Program-made: the position numbers and the translations under genes | Notes under the pieces: generated by a model | Database searches by the model: none | What the model was told of the DNA's origin: nothing | Seen by the model: only the letters and a program-made list of their open reading frames with translations | Assembly (NCBI GenBank): GCA_041694815.1 | Contig: JBGFSC010000006.1 | Location: forward strand, 1 to 64,000 | Length of the DNA stretch: 64,000 bases | Source of the DNA: Elusimicrobiota bacterium | GTDB taxonomy: Bacteria; Elusimicrobiota; Elusimicrobia; UBA1565; JACRDR01 | Reading direction: 5' to 3' | Shown: positions 1 through 9,393 of the stretch, in pieces | How positions within the stretch are numbered: the stretch's first letter is position 1 | How the letters are laid out: each line of letters begins with the position of its first letter

Positions 1-120
1 TTGCTCATCTTGATGACCTCGTCCATTCTGGATCGTCCCTCCGTTTTCAGAGGAACAGGGTAACCCAAAACCGGACATTTCTATTCTCGCTAAACAGGAC
101 ATATTAATTCTCGCGCGACA
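1..120 (-). mobile_element. Probable left end of an IS1202/ISNCY (IS481-like) element, with the start of its transposase (ATG at 26, MDEVIKMS..., running off the window)
   Basis: Minus strand begins TGTCGC... at 120. Two 18-bp subterminal direct repeats, ggacatttctattctcgc (73-90) and ggacatattaattctcgc (97-114), lie 24 bp apart. An SD-like gaggga precedes the ATG at 26. Confidence 0.6.
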
Positions 121-149
121 GCGGCTTTTTTCGTCTGGCGAAAACCCCG

Positions 150-1652
150 TTGGCCGGTTATACTGAGCATGTGCCCTCATCCCGAGCGCCCCTGATCCCT
201 ATTGCCATCCTCCAGCTGGCCCTATCGGCTGCTCCTACGGCGAACGCTGCGCCGGCCGTTGGGGCGCCGATTAATTCAAGCGCCTCTACCGAAGCGAGGA
301 GCGATAGCGATCGCCATTCCCTCATACTTCCCATCGAGTACGTCAGCCAGCAGAGCGAGCCTTCTCCCCCTGGCTGGAACGAATGGTACACGCCTTATTG
401 CGTGGCCACCTCGGGGCTGATGGTTATGCGTTACTTCGGCGTGCACGTTCCGCCGCCGCCGATCCGGACCCTGTTCGCTACCGGCCGGCAGGGGAACACG
501 ACGTCCGATCCGGGCATCGATCCGGACGGGGCCAGCCATATGATGCAGGCCTTCGGCGGGGAAGGGAAAATTCATGGCTACTACAGCTCGGCGGCCATGC
601 TCGAAGAGCTCGTCGGGCGTATCAACCATCGCGCGCCGGTGGTGGTCTTTGTCCAGGCCGGCAATCATGCGGTGCTCGCCTACGGCTACGAGGCGGACCG
701 AAATGGGGCGATCACCGCCATTTATGCCGCTGATCCTCTTTCCGGAGTCAATGGGCGCGTGCCCATCCATGCGTGGTTGAACTGGTATGATTGGATGGGC
801 GTTCCATTCCGGGCGCCAGGCGAGAAATGGCGTAATCAATATCTCTTCGTTTCCTACCGGGATTTTCAATCCGGAATTTTTCGTTCCAGATGGGACGCGC
901 AAAGCCCTTCCCCTTCGCTGGCCGTAGGCGAGCGCGCGCGGCTTTGGGTGCGGCTCAAAAATACCGGCCGCACCGCATGGATTCGAGGAAGCCAGAGTGA
1001 GGCGAGGCTCGGCGTAGCGCGGGACAGCACCGAGTTCTACGATCTCGGAATGACCGAAGGTTGGTCGATGCCGAATAGGCCGGCGGTGCAAACCGAGCAA
1101 CACGTAGAACCCGGGGAGAGTGCGACATTCGAATTTACCGTGAAAGGGGTCAGGTCCGGCGTGTTCCGGCTGCCGCTGCGCCCAGTGATCGATGGAGTGA
1201 CCTGGATGGACGACGAGGGGATATACTTTGACATCGCTGTCGATGCCAGTCGCGCTCCGGCCGGGGCCTTTCGTTCCAAATGGGTGGCGCAAAGCGCGTA
1301 TCCATCCGTTGCCGTTGGAGAAAGCACACGCTTATGGGTGCGGCTCAAGAATATCGGCCACTCGGCCTGGATCCGCGGCGACCGGTCGGAGGCGAGGTTG
1401 GGCGTGGTGGGAGATAGCGATGAGTTCCATCGACGCGGCATGGCAGACGGCTGGGCGCTGCCGAATAGGCCGGCGGTACAAAACGAGGCGCGCGTAGAGC
1501 CTGGTCAGGCCGCGACCTTCGAATTTTCTGTGAAGGGGGTCAACCCCGGCATGTTTCGATTGTCCCTTCGTCCGGTGGTCGACGGGGTCAGCTGGATGGA
1601 AGACGAAGGGATATATTTCGACATAACCGTCGCCGATCGTCGGCTGCGTTAA
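150..1652 (+). CDS. Secreted C39-like (papain-fold) cysteine peptidase with two tandem Ig-like (NBR1-Ig-like) domains
   Basis: Hydrophobic leader ending TANA. YCVATSGLMVM / NHAVLAYGY / IYAADP give a Cys-His-Asp triad pattern. Two ~120-aa repeats FRS.W.AQS...LKN.G..AW...PGE.ATFEF. Start codon uncertain (150 or GTG 171). Confidence 0.7.
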   Translation: MAGYTEHVPSSRAPLIPIAILQLALSAAPTANAAPAVGAPINSSASTEARSDSDRHSLILPIEYVSQQSEPSPPGWNEWYTPYCVATSGLMVMRYFGVHVPPPPIRTLFATGRQGNTTSDPGIDPDGASHMMQAFGGEGKIHGYYSSAAMLEELVGRINHRAPVVVFVQAGNHAVLAYGYEADRNGAITAIYAADPLSGVNGRVPIHAWLNWYDWMGVPFRAPGEKWRNQYLFVSYRDFQSGIFRSRWDAQSPSPSLAVGERARLWVRLKNTGRTAWIRGSQSEARLGVARDSTEFYDLGMTEGWSMPNRPAVQTEQHVEPGESATFEFTVKGVRSGVFRLPLRPVIDGVTWMDDEGIYFDIAVDASRAPAGAFRSKWVAQSAYPSVAVGESTRLWVRLKNIGHSAWIRGDRSEARLGVVGDSDEFHRRGMADGWALPNRPAVQNEARVEPGQAATFEFSVKGVNPGMFRLSLRPVVDGVSWMEDEGIYFDITVADRRLR

Positions 1653-1670
1653 ATAAAGGTTTTCGCCTTA

Positions 1671-2882
1671 ATGTCTGAATCCGTTCTAGCCCTGCGGGAT
1701 TTCCGTCTTACCCTGCTCATCCGCTTCTTCGACGGGCTCGCCCTCCAGATGCTCACCGTGGCGGCCGGCTGGCAGCTGTATCAACTGACCCGCGACCCGC
1801 TGCTTTTGGGCTTGATCGGCCTCGCGGAGGCAATACCCTATATCGCGGCGGCGCTTTGGGCCGGTGAGCTGGTCGACCGCCGCGAGAAAAGCGGCATCAT
1901 CGCCGCCGCCGAATGGGGCCAACTACTATCGGGCGCCGGGCTTGCCCTGGCGGCGGCATTGGAGCGGCCTCCGCTTCTGCCGATCTACCTTCTCATAGCC
2001 TGGAGCGGTCTGGCGCGCTGCTTCCAATGGGTCGCCATGACCGCCTACCTACAGACGGCGGTGCCAAGCCACTTGTTCCCCAAGGCAGCCGCCTGGAGCA
2101 CCAGCGTCTGGCACGCCGCGGCGATCCTCGGGCCGGCATTGGGAGGGCTCATCTACGGGGCCCGGGGCGCCGCCTCGGCATACGCGGCCGTGGCCGCGTG
2201 CTTCTTGCTGGCGGCGCTCGCCTCCAGCCGCCTGTCCACGATGCCTGGCGTTAGCGCCGCGGCGGGCTCGGCGATGGAGCGCATCGCCTCCGGGCTGCGG
2301 TTCGTGTTCTCGGAGCAGGTCATCCTCGCCGCCATGAGCCTCGACATGTTCGGCGTCCTCTTCGGCGGGGTCGACGGGGTGCTGCCCATCTTCGCGGAGA
2401 GGCTCGGCGCCGGTCCCGAGGGACTGGGGCTGCTCAAGGCGGCGCCGGCCTTAGGCGCGCTGTGCTGCTCGCTCGTCTTGACCCGGCATCAGCCCTTTAA
2501 GCGACTCGGCGCGGCCTTCATGACGGCCGTGGCGGTGTTCGGCCTTTGCATGATCCTCTTCGCGCTCTCGGAGAGCTTTTGGCTTTCGGCATTCATCCTA
2601 TGGATTTCCGGCGCCGTCGACGGCGTCGGCATGGTGATCCGGGCCAGCATCTACCAGGCCTTGACCCCGGAGGCCCTGCGCGGGCGCGTGGCCTCGGTCA
2701 ACGGCATCTTCATCCGCTCCTCCAACCAGATCGGCGCTTTCGAGTCGGGAGTGGCGGCCAAGTGGATGGGGTTGGTGCCTTCGGTCGTCTTCGGCGGCTG
2801 CGTGACCTTGGCCAGCGTAGCCGTGACCTTCTGGAAAGCGCCGAAATTATGGCACTTTCAGAACTCTCTGGAGAACTCTTGA
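1671..2882 (+). CDS. MFS transporter (EntS/DHA3-like)
   Basis: About 12 TM segments, G.LVDR motif, LRGRVASVNGIFI..SNQIGAFESG. Confidence 0.9.
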   Translation: MSESVLALRDFRLTLLIRFFDGLALQMLTVAAGWQLYQLTRDPLLLGLIGLAEAIPYIAAALWAGELVDRREKSGIIAAAEWGQLLSGAGLALAAALERPPLLPIYLLIAWSGLARCFQWVAMTAYLQTAVPSHLFPKAAAWSTSVWHAAAILGPALGGLIYGARGAASAYAAVAACFLLAALASSRLSTMPGVSAAAGSAMERIASGLRFVFSEQVILAAMSLDMFGVLFGGVDGVLPIFAERLGAGPEGLGLLKAAPALGALCCSLVLTRHQPFKRLGAAFMTAVAVFGLCMILFALSESFWLSAFILWISGAVDGVGMVIRASIYQALTPEALRGRVASVNGIFIRSSNQIGAFESGVAAKWMGLVPSVVFGGCVTLASVAVTFWKAPKLWHFQNSLENS

Positions 2883-2899
2883 AATCGAGAAACTAATAT

Positions 2900-2935
2900 T
2901 TTACAACTTATTCAGCTATATGAATAAATTGTAAA
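2900..2935. promoter_or_regulatory. AT-rich 15-bp inverted repeat (operator-like) upstream of the ATPase remnant
   Basis: tttacaacttattca-gctata-tgaataaattgtaaa, 1 mismatch. Confidence 0.5.
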
Positions 2936-2971
2936 GTATGCAAAAAATATTTACTTTACCGGCATATTTTT

Positions 2972-3351
2972 ATGACATTTAAGCGTCGGGGATACTTTTC
3001 CTCTAGAAGAAAATCTTGCCCGGCCCGTTCACGGCGCTTCGCGGGGTCCCTTTCGAAGAGACGGTTAAGGATCGATCCTTCTATGGTCGTCTCGTAGAAA
3101 ACGCTGTCGGTGCGGCGCTCATTAATGCCGGGGAGACCGTTTTCTATTGGTCCGACAGGGACAAGGAACTCGATTTCGTTGTGCAGCGAGGCACGGAGCT
3201 CTTGGCGGTCGAAGTCACGGCGGGACATAAAAAAAACGCAGTACCGGGCCTAAAAACGTTCCAGCGTCGTTATCCAGAAGCAAAGGCCGTCCGTATCGGC
3301 GGTGTCCAGGCCGACATTTCTCTGGAGCGCTTTCTGGAATCCGGATTCTAA
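2972..3351 (+). pseudogene. Internally deleted AAA+ ATPase/DUF4143 gene (only the first codons and the C-terminal nuclease-like part remain)
   Basis: ATG 2972 gives MTFKRR. A different frame carries GRLVENAV...FYWSDRDKELDFVV...LAVEV, typical of a DUF4143 C-terminus. No Walker motifs. Confidence 0.65.
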
Positions 3352-3410
3352 AAATCAGCTCGAAGTTAAAAATTAGAAGATGGCATTCTATATTTCAATG
3401 CTCGATGATT

Positions 3411-4577
3411 TTAGAGCATTTCCTGGAAAACAGATATAAAACTTTCCATGGAAAACTGACGATCCCAGAGCGCGCGCAACTGCAGTTTGGCGAAGGGACG
3501 CAGCCGCGGGTCCGTCCGCAGTGCCGCCTGCTTCAAGAATTCGATGCGCTCCGAGCCGACTTGGCTCGTGCGTTTTTCCGAATCGCTTAAGGCCGATGCG
3601 GCGGCCGCGAGAGCGGCGCCGGCATACGGGCGCAGCAATCGTTCATCGAAGAGATAGAACTCCAGCTCGAAGAGGCGTTTGGGTTCTCGGGCTAATGACA
3701 AAATGCGGCGGAGTTCCGTCCCCTGCGCGGCGAAGGCGGCGCACTGTGCCTCGAGGCGCTCTAGGCGGCGGCGCATCGATTCATCGTATCGTCCCTGCGC
3801 GGCGTAAATTTGCTTGAGGGCATCGACGGCCTCGCGCGCGTGCTCCAGGCCGAGGCGCTGGGTGGTGACATCCCAATATTGCAGCAGGTGATAGCCGAAG
3901 GCGAGCCGGCGTCGCGCCTCCACTTCCGCCGATACCAGGTTTCCCGCCCGGCGTTGCTCGTCCGCGCGTTGAGCGAAGACCTCCGCGAGGCGGCTGGCCG
4001 CCGTCAGTATAGTCAGATGCTCACTGTAACCGTCGGCGCTCTCTGTCGTCCATGACGCGTAGGGCTTTTCCACGCCGCGGCATGAGGCGCCTGCTTCTAG
4101 CGCCAAAAGAGACGCTTTATGCCGGCCCTCTTCGAGGCGCCTTCGCGCCCAAAGTCGCCGCCCGTAATCGGACAGCGCCAGGCGCCCGGCCTTTTCGTAG
4201 AACGAGCCCGCGTCGCAGTCTCGCTGCTCCGGCAGGAAGGCCTCGATCTCCGCCGGGGCCTCCAAAGGCTCGGGACGGTAGGCGGGCGCCGCCGCCCGCG
4301 GCGGCGGACCGAGGCCCTGGGATCGCACGACCGCGATCTTAAGGGAAAATAGGAAGCCCAGGCAGCTCGCCCATAGCAGGTGCCCCGCCAGGAGAAGCCC
4401 GCGCGTGTAGCGGTCATGGCGCACGGGGGCCCCGGGGAGCAGGGAGGCGAGCCGGAAGGCTCGCTCGATCAAGCGGGCGTTCAAGCGGGTGCGCGAGAGG
4501 CGGCGGCGGATCGCCTCGTCGGCTCGGCGCAGCCGAGCCCTGCGGATGCATTGCGCCAGGCGAAAGGGATCGACCAT
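3411..4577 (-). CDS. Hypothetical membrane-anchored alpha-helical protein
   Basis: 388-aa ORF, one TM near residues 60-83. Confidence 0.6.
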   Translation of the reverse strand: MVDPFRLAQCIRRARLRRADEAIRRRLSRTRLNARLIERAFRLASLLPGAPVRHDRYTRGLLLAGHLLWASCLGFLFSLKIAVVRSQGLGPPPRAAAPAYRPEPLEAPAEIEAFLPEQRDCDAGSFYEKAGRLALSDYGRRLWARRRLEEGRHKASLLALEAGASCRGVEKPYASWTTESADGYSEHLTILTAASRLAEVFAQRADEQRRAGNLVSAEVEARRRLAFGYHLLQYWDVTTQRLGLEHAREAVDALKQIYAAQGRYDESMRRRLERLEAQCAAFAAQGTELRRILSLAREPKRLFELEFYLFDERLLRPYAGAALAAAASALSDSEKRTSQVGSERIEFLKQAALRTDPRLRPFAKLQLRALWDRQFSMESFISVFQEML

Positions 4578-4640
4578 GGCTCGGAGACATTAAACCGATT
4601 CGGAATAAAGCCTTATGGACGATTATGCTACGATCATGCG

Positions 4641-5147
4641 ATGGGATCTCCGACGGTCGAGGAGCTGATCCGTCTCCATGACCTTAAACCACATCCGGAA
4701 GGCGGCTATTACAAGGAAACGTATCGTGCCCCTGCGCTCTGCGAGCGATCGGCGCTGCCGCCGGGATTTAAGGGAGACCGAAATTTCTCCACGGCCATCC
4801 TATTCCTGCTCCCAGGAGGGGCGACGTCCAAGCTGCACCGCATCCCGGCCGACGAGATGTGGCATTTTTATCTCGGCGACCCGCTGACGGTGGTGCAGAT
4901 CTCACCGCGGGGGCGGGTCGAATTGATCCGTTTGGGCCATGATTTGGGCTCTGGCCTGGCCCTGCAGCACGTGGTGCCGGCCGGTTATTGGTTCGGGGCC
5001 TACTGCAACCCCGGCGGGGCCTATTCCCTGGTGGGCTGCACCGTGTCGCCGGGCTTCGATTTCGCTGATTTCGAGCTCGGCAAGAAAGAAAATCTCTTAA
5101 GAGAGTTCCCGGCCGCGCGGGCCATCATCGAGCATTTGGGGCATTAG
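4641..5147 (+). CDS. Cupin_5 (DUF985) family protein
   Basis: LKPHPEGGYYKETYR, STAILFLL, HRI.ADEMWHFY.GDPL, LVGCTVSPGFDFADFE. Confidence 0.92.
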   Translation: MGSPTVEELIRLHDLKPHPEGGYYKETYRAPALCERSALPPGFKGDRNFSTAILFLLPGGATSKLHRIPADEMWHFYLGDPLTVVQISPRGRVELIRLGHDLGSGLALQHVVPAGYWFGAYCNPGGAYSLVGCTVSPGFDFADFELGKKENLLREFPAARAIIEHLGH

Positions 5148-5940
5148 CCCCGTACCTATAAAAGCCTTGGCCGGACTTCTTGCCTAATGCGCCGGAGCCG
5201 ACTTTTTCAACCAGCAGGGGGCAGGGGCGGTACTTTTCGTCGCCGAGCTGCCGGTGCAGGGTCTCGAGTATGGCCAGGCAGATATCGAGGCCGATGAAGT
5301 CGGCCAGGGCCAGCGGGCCCATCGGATGACCCATGCCCAATTTCATGACCGTATCGATGTCCTCGGCCGAGGCCACCTTCTCGTGTAAGGCCCAGCAGGC
5401 CTCGTTGATCATCGGCATGAGTATGCGGTTGGCGATGAAACCCGGGGCGTCACGGGAGACGACCGGCGTCTTTCCCAAGGCGATCGCCACGGAACGAGTC
5501 GTCTCGAAGGCCGTCTCGGAGGTCTCGTCGGCGGGGATGATCTCGACGAGCTTCATCACCGGGGCGGGGTTCATGAAGTGCATCCCGATCACCCTGTCCT
5601 GGCGGCGGAGCCCCTCGGCGATCTTGGAGATGGGCAGCGAGGAGGTATTGGAGGCGAGCACCGTCTCCGGCATGCAGGCGCGTTCGAGCTCGGTGAAGAG
5701 GGCCCGCTTGGCGCCCAAGTCCTCGACGATCGCCTCGACTACGAACTCAGCCCCCGAGGCGTCGGCGATGCGCTCCGACGAGGCGACCCTAGCGGCGTCC
5801 TTGATGCGGCCCATGGCCTTTCGCAGCGCCTCCGGGTCCTTGTCGATGAGCGTCGTTCGGTAGCCGGACTGGGCGAAGAGCTGGGCGATGCCTCGTCCCA
5901 TGGTGCCGGCGCCGATGACGGCGACGCGCTGGATCAGCAT
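5125..5940 (-). CDS. hbd: 3-hydroxybutyryl-CoA dehydrogenase
   Basis: GAGTMGRG Rossmann motif, LASNTSS, GMHFMNP, PGFIANR, HPMGPLALADFIGLD. Confidence 0.92.
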   Translation of the reverse strand: MLIQRVAVIGAGTMGRGIAQLFAQSGYRTTLIDKDPEALRKAMGRIKDAARVASSERIADASGAEFVVEAIVEDLGAKRALFTELERACMPETVLASNTSSLPISKIAEGLRRQDRVIGMHFMNPAPVMKLVEIIPADETSETAFETTRSVAIALGKTPVVSRDAPGFIANRILMPMINEACWALHEKVASAEDIDTVMKLGMGHPMGPLALADFIGLDICLAILETLHRQLGDEKYRPCPLLVEKVGSGALGKKSGQGFYRYGANAPNAR

Positions 5941-5978
5941 CCGGCGGTGTTAACGGCGCGGGCCGCGCGTTCCGACGG

Positions 5979-6003
5979 AGGCAATGCCTCGGGTCGTCGC
6001 CAG
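5979..6003. repeat. Half copy of a small dispersed hairpin repeat
   Basis: 25 nt aggcaatgcctcgggtcgtcgccag, identical to 23890-23914. Confidence 0.75.
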
Positions 6004-6032
6004 CGGCTTATAGACGACAGGACCCGCGCCGC

Positions 6033-8048
6033 TCATAACCCGATGCTCTTGAAAAAGGCCTCGTCGTTGGGTTCTCGGCCCAGGAAACGGCGCAGCGAGA
6101 CGGATTCCTCGATGCTGCCGCCGGGCTCCAAGATCAAGGTCCGGTACCTGCGCCCGAGCTCGGGGTTGAGGATGCCTTCCTTTTCGAAAAGCGAGAACAT
6201 GTCCTGGGCGTATACCTTTGACCACAGATAGCCGTAGTAGCCCGCGTCGTAGCCGCCCATCAGATGCCCGAATCCGGCCTCGGGATGGGTGCCCGGGCTC
6301 ATGGGTATGAGGCTGATCTTCTCCATGAACTCGGCCCAGACGGCGTTGGGGTCCTCCGGCGGCCGGAGGTGGTATTCCATGTCCACGCGGGCGAAGAAGG
6401 CCTGCCGGAGCTCCTTGAGGCCGATGTCGACGTTCTTGGCCGCGAGCATCTTCTCTAGGAGCTCCGCGGGGAGCTTGCGTGAGCCATCCGTGTAATGGCC
6501 GGAGAGCCGCTGCAAGACCGCTTCCTGCCAGACCCAGTTCTCGAGCATTTGCGAGGCGGCCTCGACGAAATCGCGGGCGACGCTGGTGCCCGAGAAGCGC
6601 TCGTACTTGGCGGTAGTCAGGACCTGGTGCATCACGTGCCCGAACTCGTGGAAGTAGGTCTCCACTTCGCGGTGAGTGAGCAGCGACGGGGCCTGCGGCG
6701 TGGGCTTGTTGAAATTGGCGACGACGGCCGAGACTGGGCGCTGGTAGCTTCCGTCCGGCAGGCGCCGCCCCTGCACCAGGGTGAAGCAGGCGGCGTGCTT
6801 GTACTTGCCCGCCCTGGGGAATAGGTCCATGTAGAAATGGGCGATGGTCCGGCTGGTGCTGGAGTCGTCGACTCGGAAAAGCTTGACGTCCGGATGCCAG
6901 GCGTCGGCGGAATCGATCTCCACGAAACGCAGGCCCAAGAGCTGCTGGTAGACGTCGAGCATCCCGCGCGTGACGGTCTCCATCGGGAAGTATTCCTTGA
7001 TCTTCTGCTCGTCGACCTGGTAGCGGCTCTTCATGAGCTGGTTGTGGTAATAGCGCCAGTCCCAGGCGCGGATGACGCCGTCGTCGCCTGGACCGAGCTC
7101 CTCCTTTTTGAGCTCGAGCAGGGTTTGCAGCTCGGGCTTCGCCTTGCGGTCCAGCTTCTCTTTGAGCCTTTCCAGGAAGGCCAGGACCTGTTTGGGTTCC
7201 TTGGCCATGCGCTCCTCGAGCGCGTAATGGGCATGCGAGGGATATCCGAGAAGGGAGGCGACGCGCGCGCGCAGGCGCAGCACCTCCTTGAGCCTGCGGG
7301 TATTCGCCTCGCCCCCGCGATTGCTGAAGAGAAATTCCAGCCGCCGCCGCGCCTCGGGATCCTTGGCGTTGTCGATGAAGGGATAATAGTCGGGATAATC
7401 GAGCGAAACGCGGTAGTACCCGTTTTCCCGTCCCAGGCGCGCGATGAAGTCCTCGGGCAGCCCGGCGAGCTCGGTCGAGGCGAAGAGGGCATAACCCCTC
7501 TCCTCGCCGAGAGCGGTGCGGTATTCGGTCTCGAGACCTACGATCTTCTCCTTGAGCTCGCGCACCTCCCCGCGCCGGCGCGCTGTAAGCTCCAGGCCGT
7601 TGCGCTTGAACGCCAGTAAGGTCTTCTGGATGAGCCGCGCGTCCTCTCCCTGATGCTTGGGGCCCCTCGCCGAATAGGCCTTCAAGGTCTTGTAGACGTC
7701 CTCGCGCGCGAACACGCCCACCAGGTAGCGTGAAATTCGCTCGTCGCAGGCGCGGCCGCTATCGCGCACGCCGGGATCGGTCGATACCTCGCCGAGGAAG
7801 GCGGGGCCGGCTGTCTCGTCGGTCAGATCGGAGAGGATATCGGAGAAGACGACGAAGCGGTTCTCGAAGGTCGGCTCCGACTCGGCCTTCGCCAGCTGCG
7901 ACAGGCGCTCGTCGGCCTTGACCGTCGCCTGCGAGCAGATGGAGGAGATGGCTCCCGAGGAGAGTCCGAAATCGAGCCATGGGGACGGCGACGCGGCCCA
8001 TGCGGAATGGGTAAGCGCCGCGATTAGAGCGAGCAATGGGTACGTCAA
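6033..8048 (-). CDS. M3A family metallopeptidase (thimet oligopeptidase-like) with signal peptide
   Basis: FHEFGHVMH, RDFVEAASQMLENW, FGHLMGGYDAGYYGYLWS. Leader MTYPLLALIAALTHSAWA. Confidence 0.92.
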   Translation of the reverse strand: MTYPLLALIAALTHSAWAASPSPWLDFGLSSGAISSICSQATVKADERLSQLAKAESEPTFENRFVVFSDILSDLTDETAGPAFLGEVSTDPGVRDSGRACDERISRYLVGVFAREDVYKTLKAYSARGPKHQGEDARLIQKTLLAFKRNGLELTARRRGEVRELKEKIVGLETEYRTALGEERGYALFASTELAGLPEDFIARLGRENGYYRVSLDYPDYYPFIDNAKDPEARRRLEFLFSNRGGEANTRRLKEVLRLRARVASLLGYPSHAHYALEERMAKEPKQVLAFLERLKEKLDRKAKPELQTLLELKKEELGPGDDGVIRAWDWRYYHNQLMKSRYQVDEQKIKEYFPMETVTRGMLDVYQQLLGLRFVEIDSADAWHPDVKLFRVDDSSTSRTIAHFYMDLFPRAGKYKHAACFTLVQGRRLPDGSYQRPVSAVVANFNKPTPQAPSLLTHREVETYFHEFGHVMHQVLTTAKYERFSGTSVARDFVEAASQMLENWVWQEAVLQRLSGHYTDGSRKLPAELLEKMLAAKNVDIGLKELRQAFFARVDMEYHLRPPEDPNAVWAEFMEKISLIPMSPGTHPEAGFGHLMGGYDAGYYGYLWSKVYAQDMFSLFEKEGILNPELGRRYRTLILEPGGSIEESVSLRRFLGREPNDEAFFKSIGL

Positions 8049-9343
8049 GACGCGTTGCCGACGGCGGCTCGGTAAGGGTTGTCGGCCAGGTCGATCAAGT
8101 ACAGCGCGGGGGCGATGTTCTTCTGGAAGGTCGGTTCGATGGCGCCCGCGCCGGGATAAAAGCCGCCCTCATCTAAGCCCTTGGGCGTGAGCTCGAAGGT
8201 AAAGGCGAAGATCTTCTTGGCCCCCCAGGCCCAGTCGGTGGTGTCCCCGCTGGCGATATAGAGCTCCGAGGATTGCTGCGGGGTGTAGCCCGTCATGGCG
8301 GCCATTTTCTCGGCCATCGCGCGGTAGGCCGCAAGCGCCTTGCCGTCCTCGATGGGGGAATGCGTGTGCCCCCATGGGTAGAGGATGAGCTCGCTGAAGG
8401 TATGGTAGCTCAGCAAGATCTTGAGATTGGGATGGGACTCGACGAAATTTTTGACGGCCTGCGTCTCGGGCTCGGAGAAGGCGTGGGGGCCGCGGTAGGT
8501 ATCGGACCCCGGGTCCTTGGAAGCCCCGCCTCCTCCCCAGCCGAAGCCGTAATTGCGGTTTAAGTCCACGCCGAGCGAGCCGTCCTCGTTCTTGCGCATG
8601 TTCTTGCGCTGCCAGCGGTAGTTGCCGCTGGAATGGTCGTATTCGGCCCCGTCGGGATTGACCAGCGGGATGATGAAAATCTCGCGGTTCTCCAGTAGTT
8701 TCTTGATCTCGGGCTTGGTGCGGTTCTCGGCTAGCCAGCGGGCGAGCTTGAGCGGCACCTCGGTGGAGAGATGCTCGCGCGCGTGATGGGTGCCGAGGAA
8801 CGCGATGGCGGGCTTCTTGAAGAACTTGCGCCAGGGGCCGTTGGAAAGGCCCGAGTTGAGCGTCAGCCGTATCCCGCTGATATCGCGTCCCTGCACGCTG
8901 GTCCCGATGGAGAACAGCGTGGCGGCGTCCTTATTCGAGGAGGCGATGGAGGCGAGTTCCGACTGCACCTCCGCGTAATCATGGAAGGCCTTATCCGGCT
9001 CCGGGAATTGCTCGAGGCCGAACTGCTCGAGCGCCGTCTTCTTCTCGACCCGTATGCCCAATTCGCCCAGCCGGCGCAGGGCGCGCACCGTGGCGACTCC
9101 GCCGATCTTGCCCGGGGAGATCTGTTCGATCGAGACGCCGGCGTCGGCGATGCGGGAGCGGGCGTCGACGTCGGAGGCCGGGACTACAACCCAGTAGCGG
9201 CCGTTGAGATCGAAGCCGGTGACTTCCGGAGCGGGAAGGGGGCGGCCTTCGGCTGCGGAATCATCGAAGAAAGGGTCTTCCCATCCCGCCCTCGCGCCCA
9301 GGGCAAAAGCTAAGACCAGAGTCGCGGCGAGGAATCTGCGCAT
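8045..9343 (-). CDS. Secreted M14 zinc carboxypeptidase (carboxypeptidase T-like)
   Basis: HHAREH, NPDG, RKN, GVDLNRNY, FSEPET, SYHT, FTFEL. Signal peptide MRRFLAATLVLAFALGARA. Confidence 0.92.
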   Translation of the reverse strand: MRRFLAATLVLAFALGARAGWEDPFFDDSAAEGRPLPAPEVTGFDLNGRYWVVVPASDVDARSRIADAGVSIEQISPGKIGGVATVRALRRLGELGIRVEKKTALEQFGLEQFPEPDKAFHDYAEVQSELASIASSNKDAATLFSIGTSVQGRDISGIRLTLNSGLSNGPWRKFFKKPAIAFLGTHHAREHLSTEVPLKLARWLAENRTKPEIKKLLENREIFIIPLVNPDGAEYDHSSGNYRWQRKNMRKNEDGSLGVDLNRNYGFGWGGGGASKDPGSDTYRGPHAFSEPETQAVKNFVESHPNLKILLSYHTFSELILYPWGHTHSPIEDGKALAAYRAMAEKMAAMTGYTPQQSSELYIASGDTTDWAWGAKKIFAFTFELTPKGLDEGGFYPGAGAIEPTFQKNIAPALYLIDLADNPYRAAVGNAS

Positions 9344-9375
9344 AGGGCCTCCGGAGGGGTTTAAGACGAGAATTC

Positions 9376-9393
9376 TAGGACTTTCGGGCCCTA
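9376..9393. promoter_or_regulatory. Palindromic operator box upstream of the M14/M3 peptidase genes
   Basis: taggactttcgggcccta; variant spacing relative to the consensus. Confidence 0.5.

Noticed and set aside
121..170. dif/Xer site next to the IS end
   Set aside because: No XerC/XerD-like arm (e.g. TTATGTTAAAT) is visible
879..1631. Two long similar repeats as a possible DGR template/variable pair
   Set aside because: Both are in-frame protein domains, mismatches are not adenine-specific, and no reverse transcriptase is in the window
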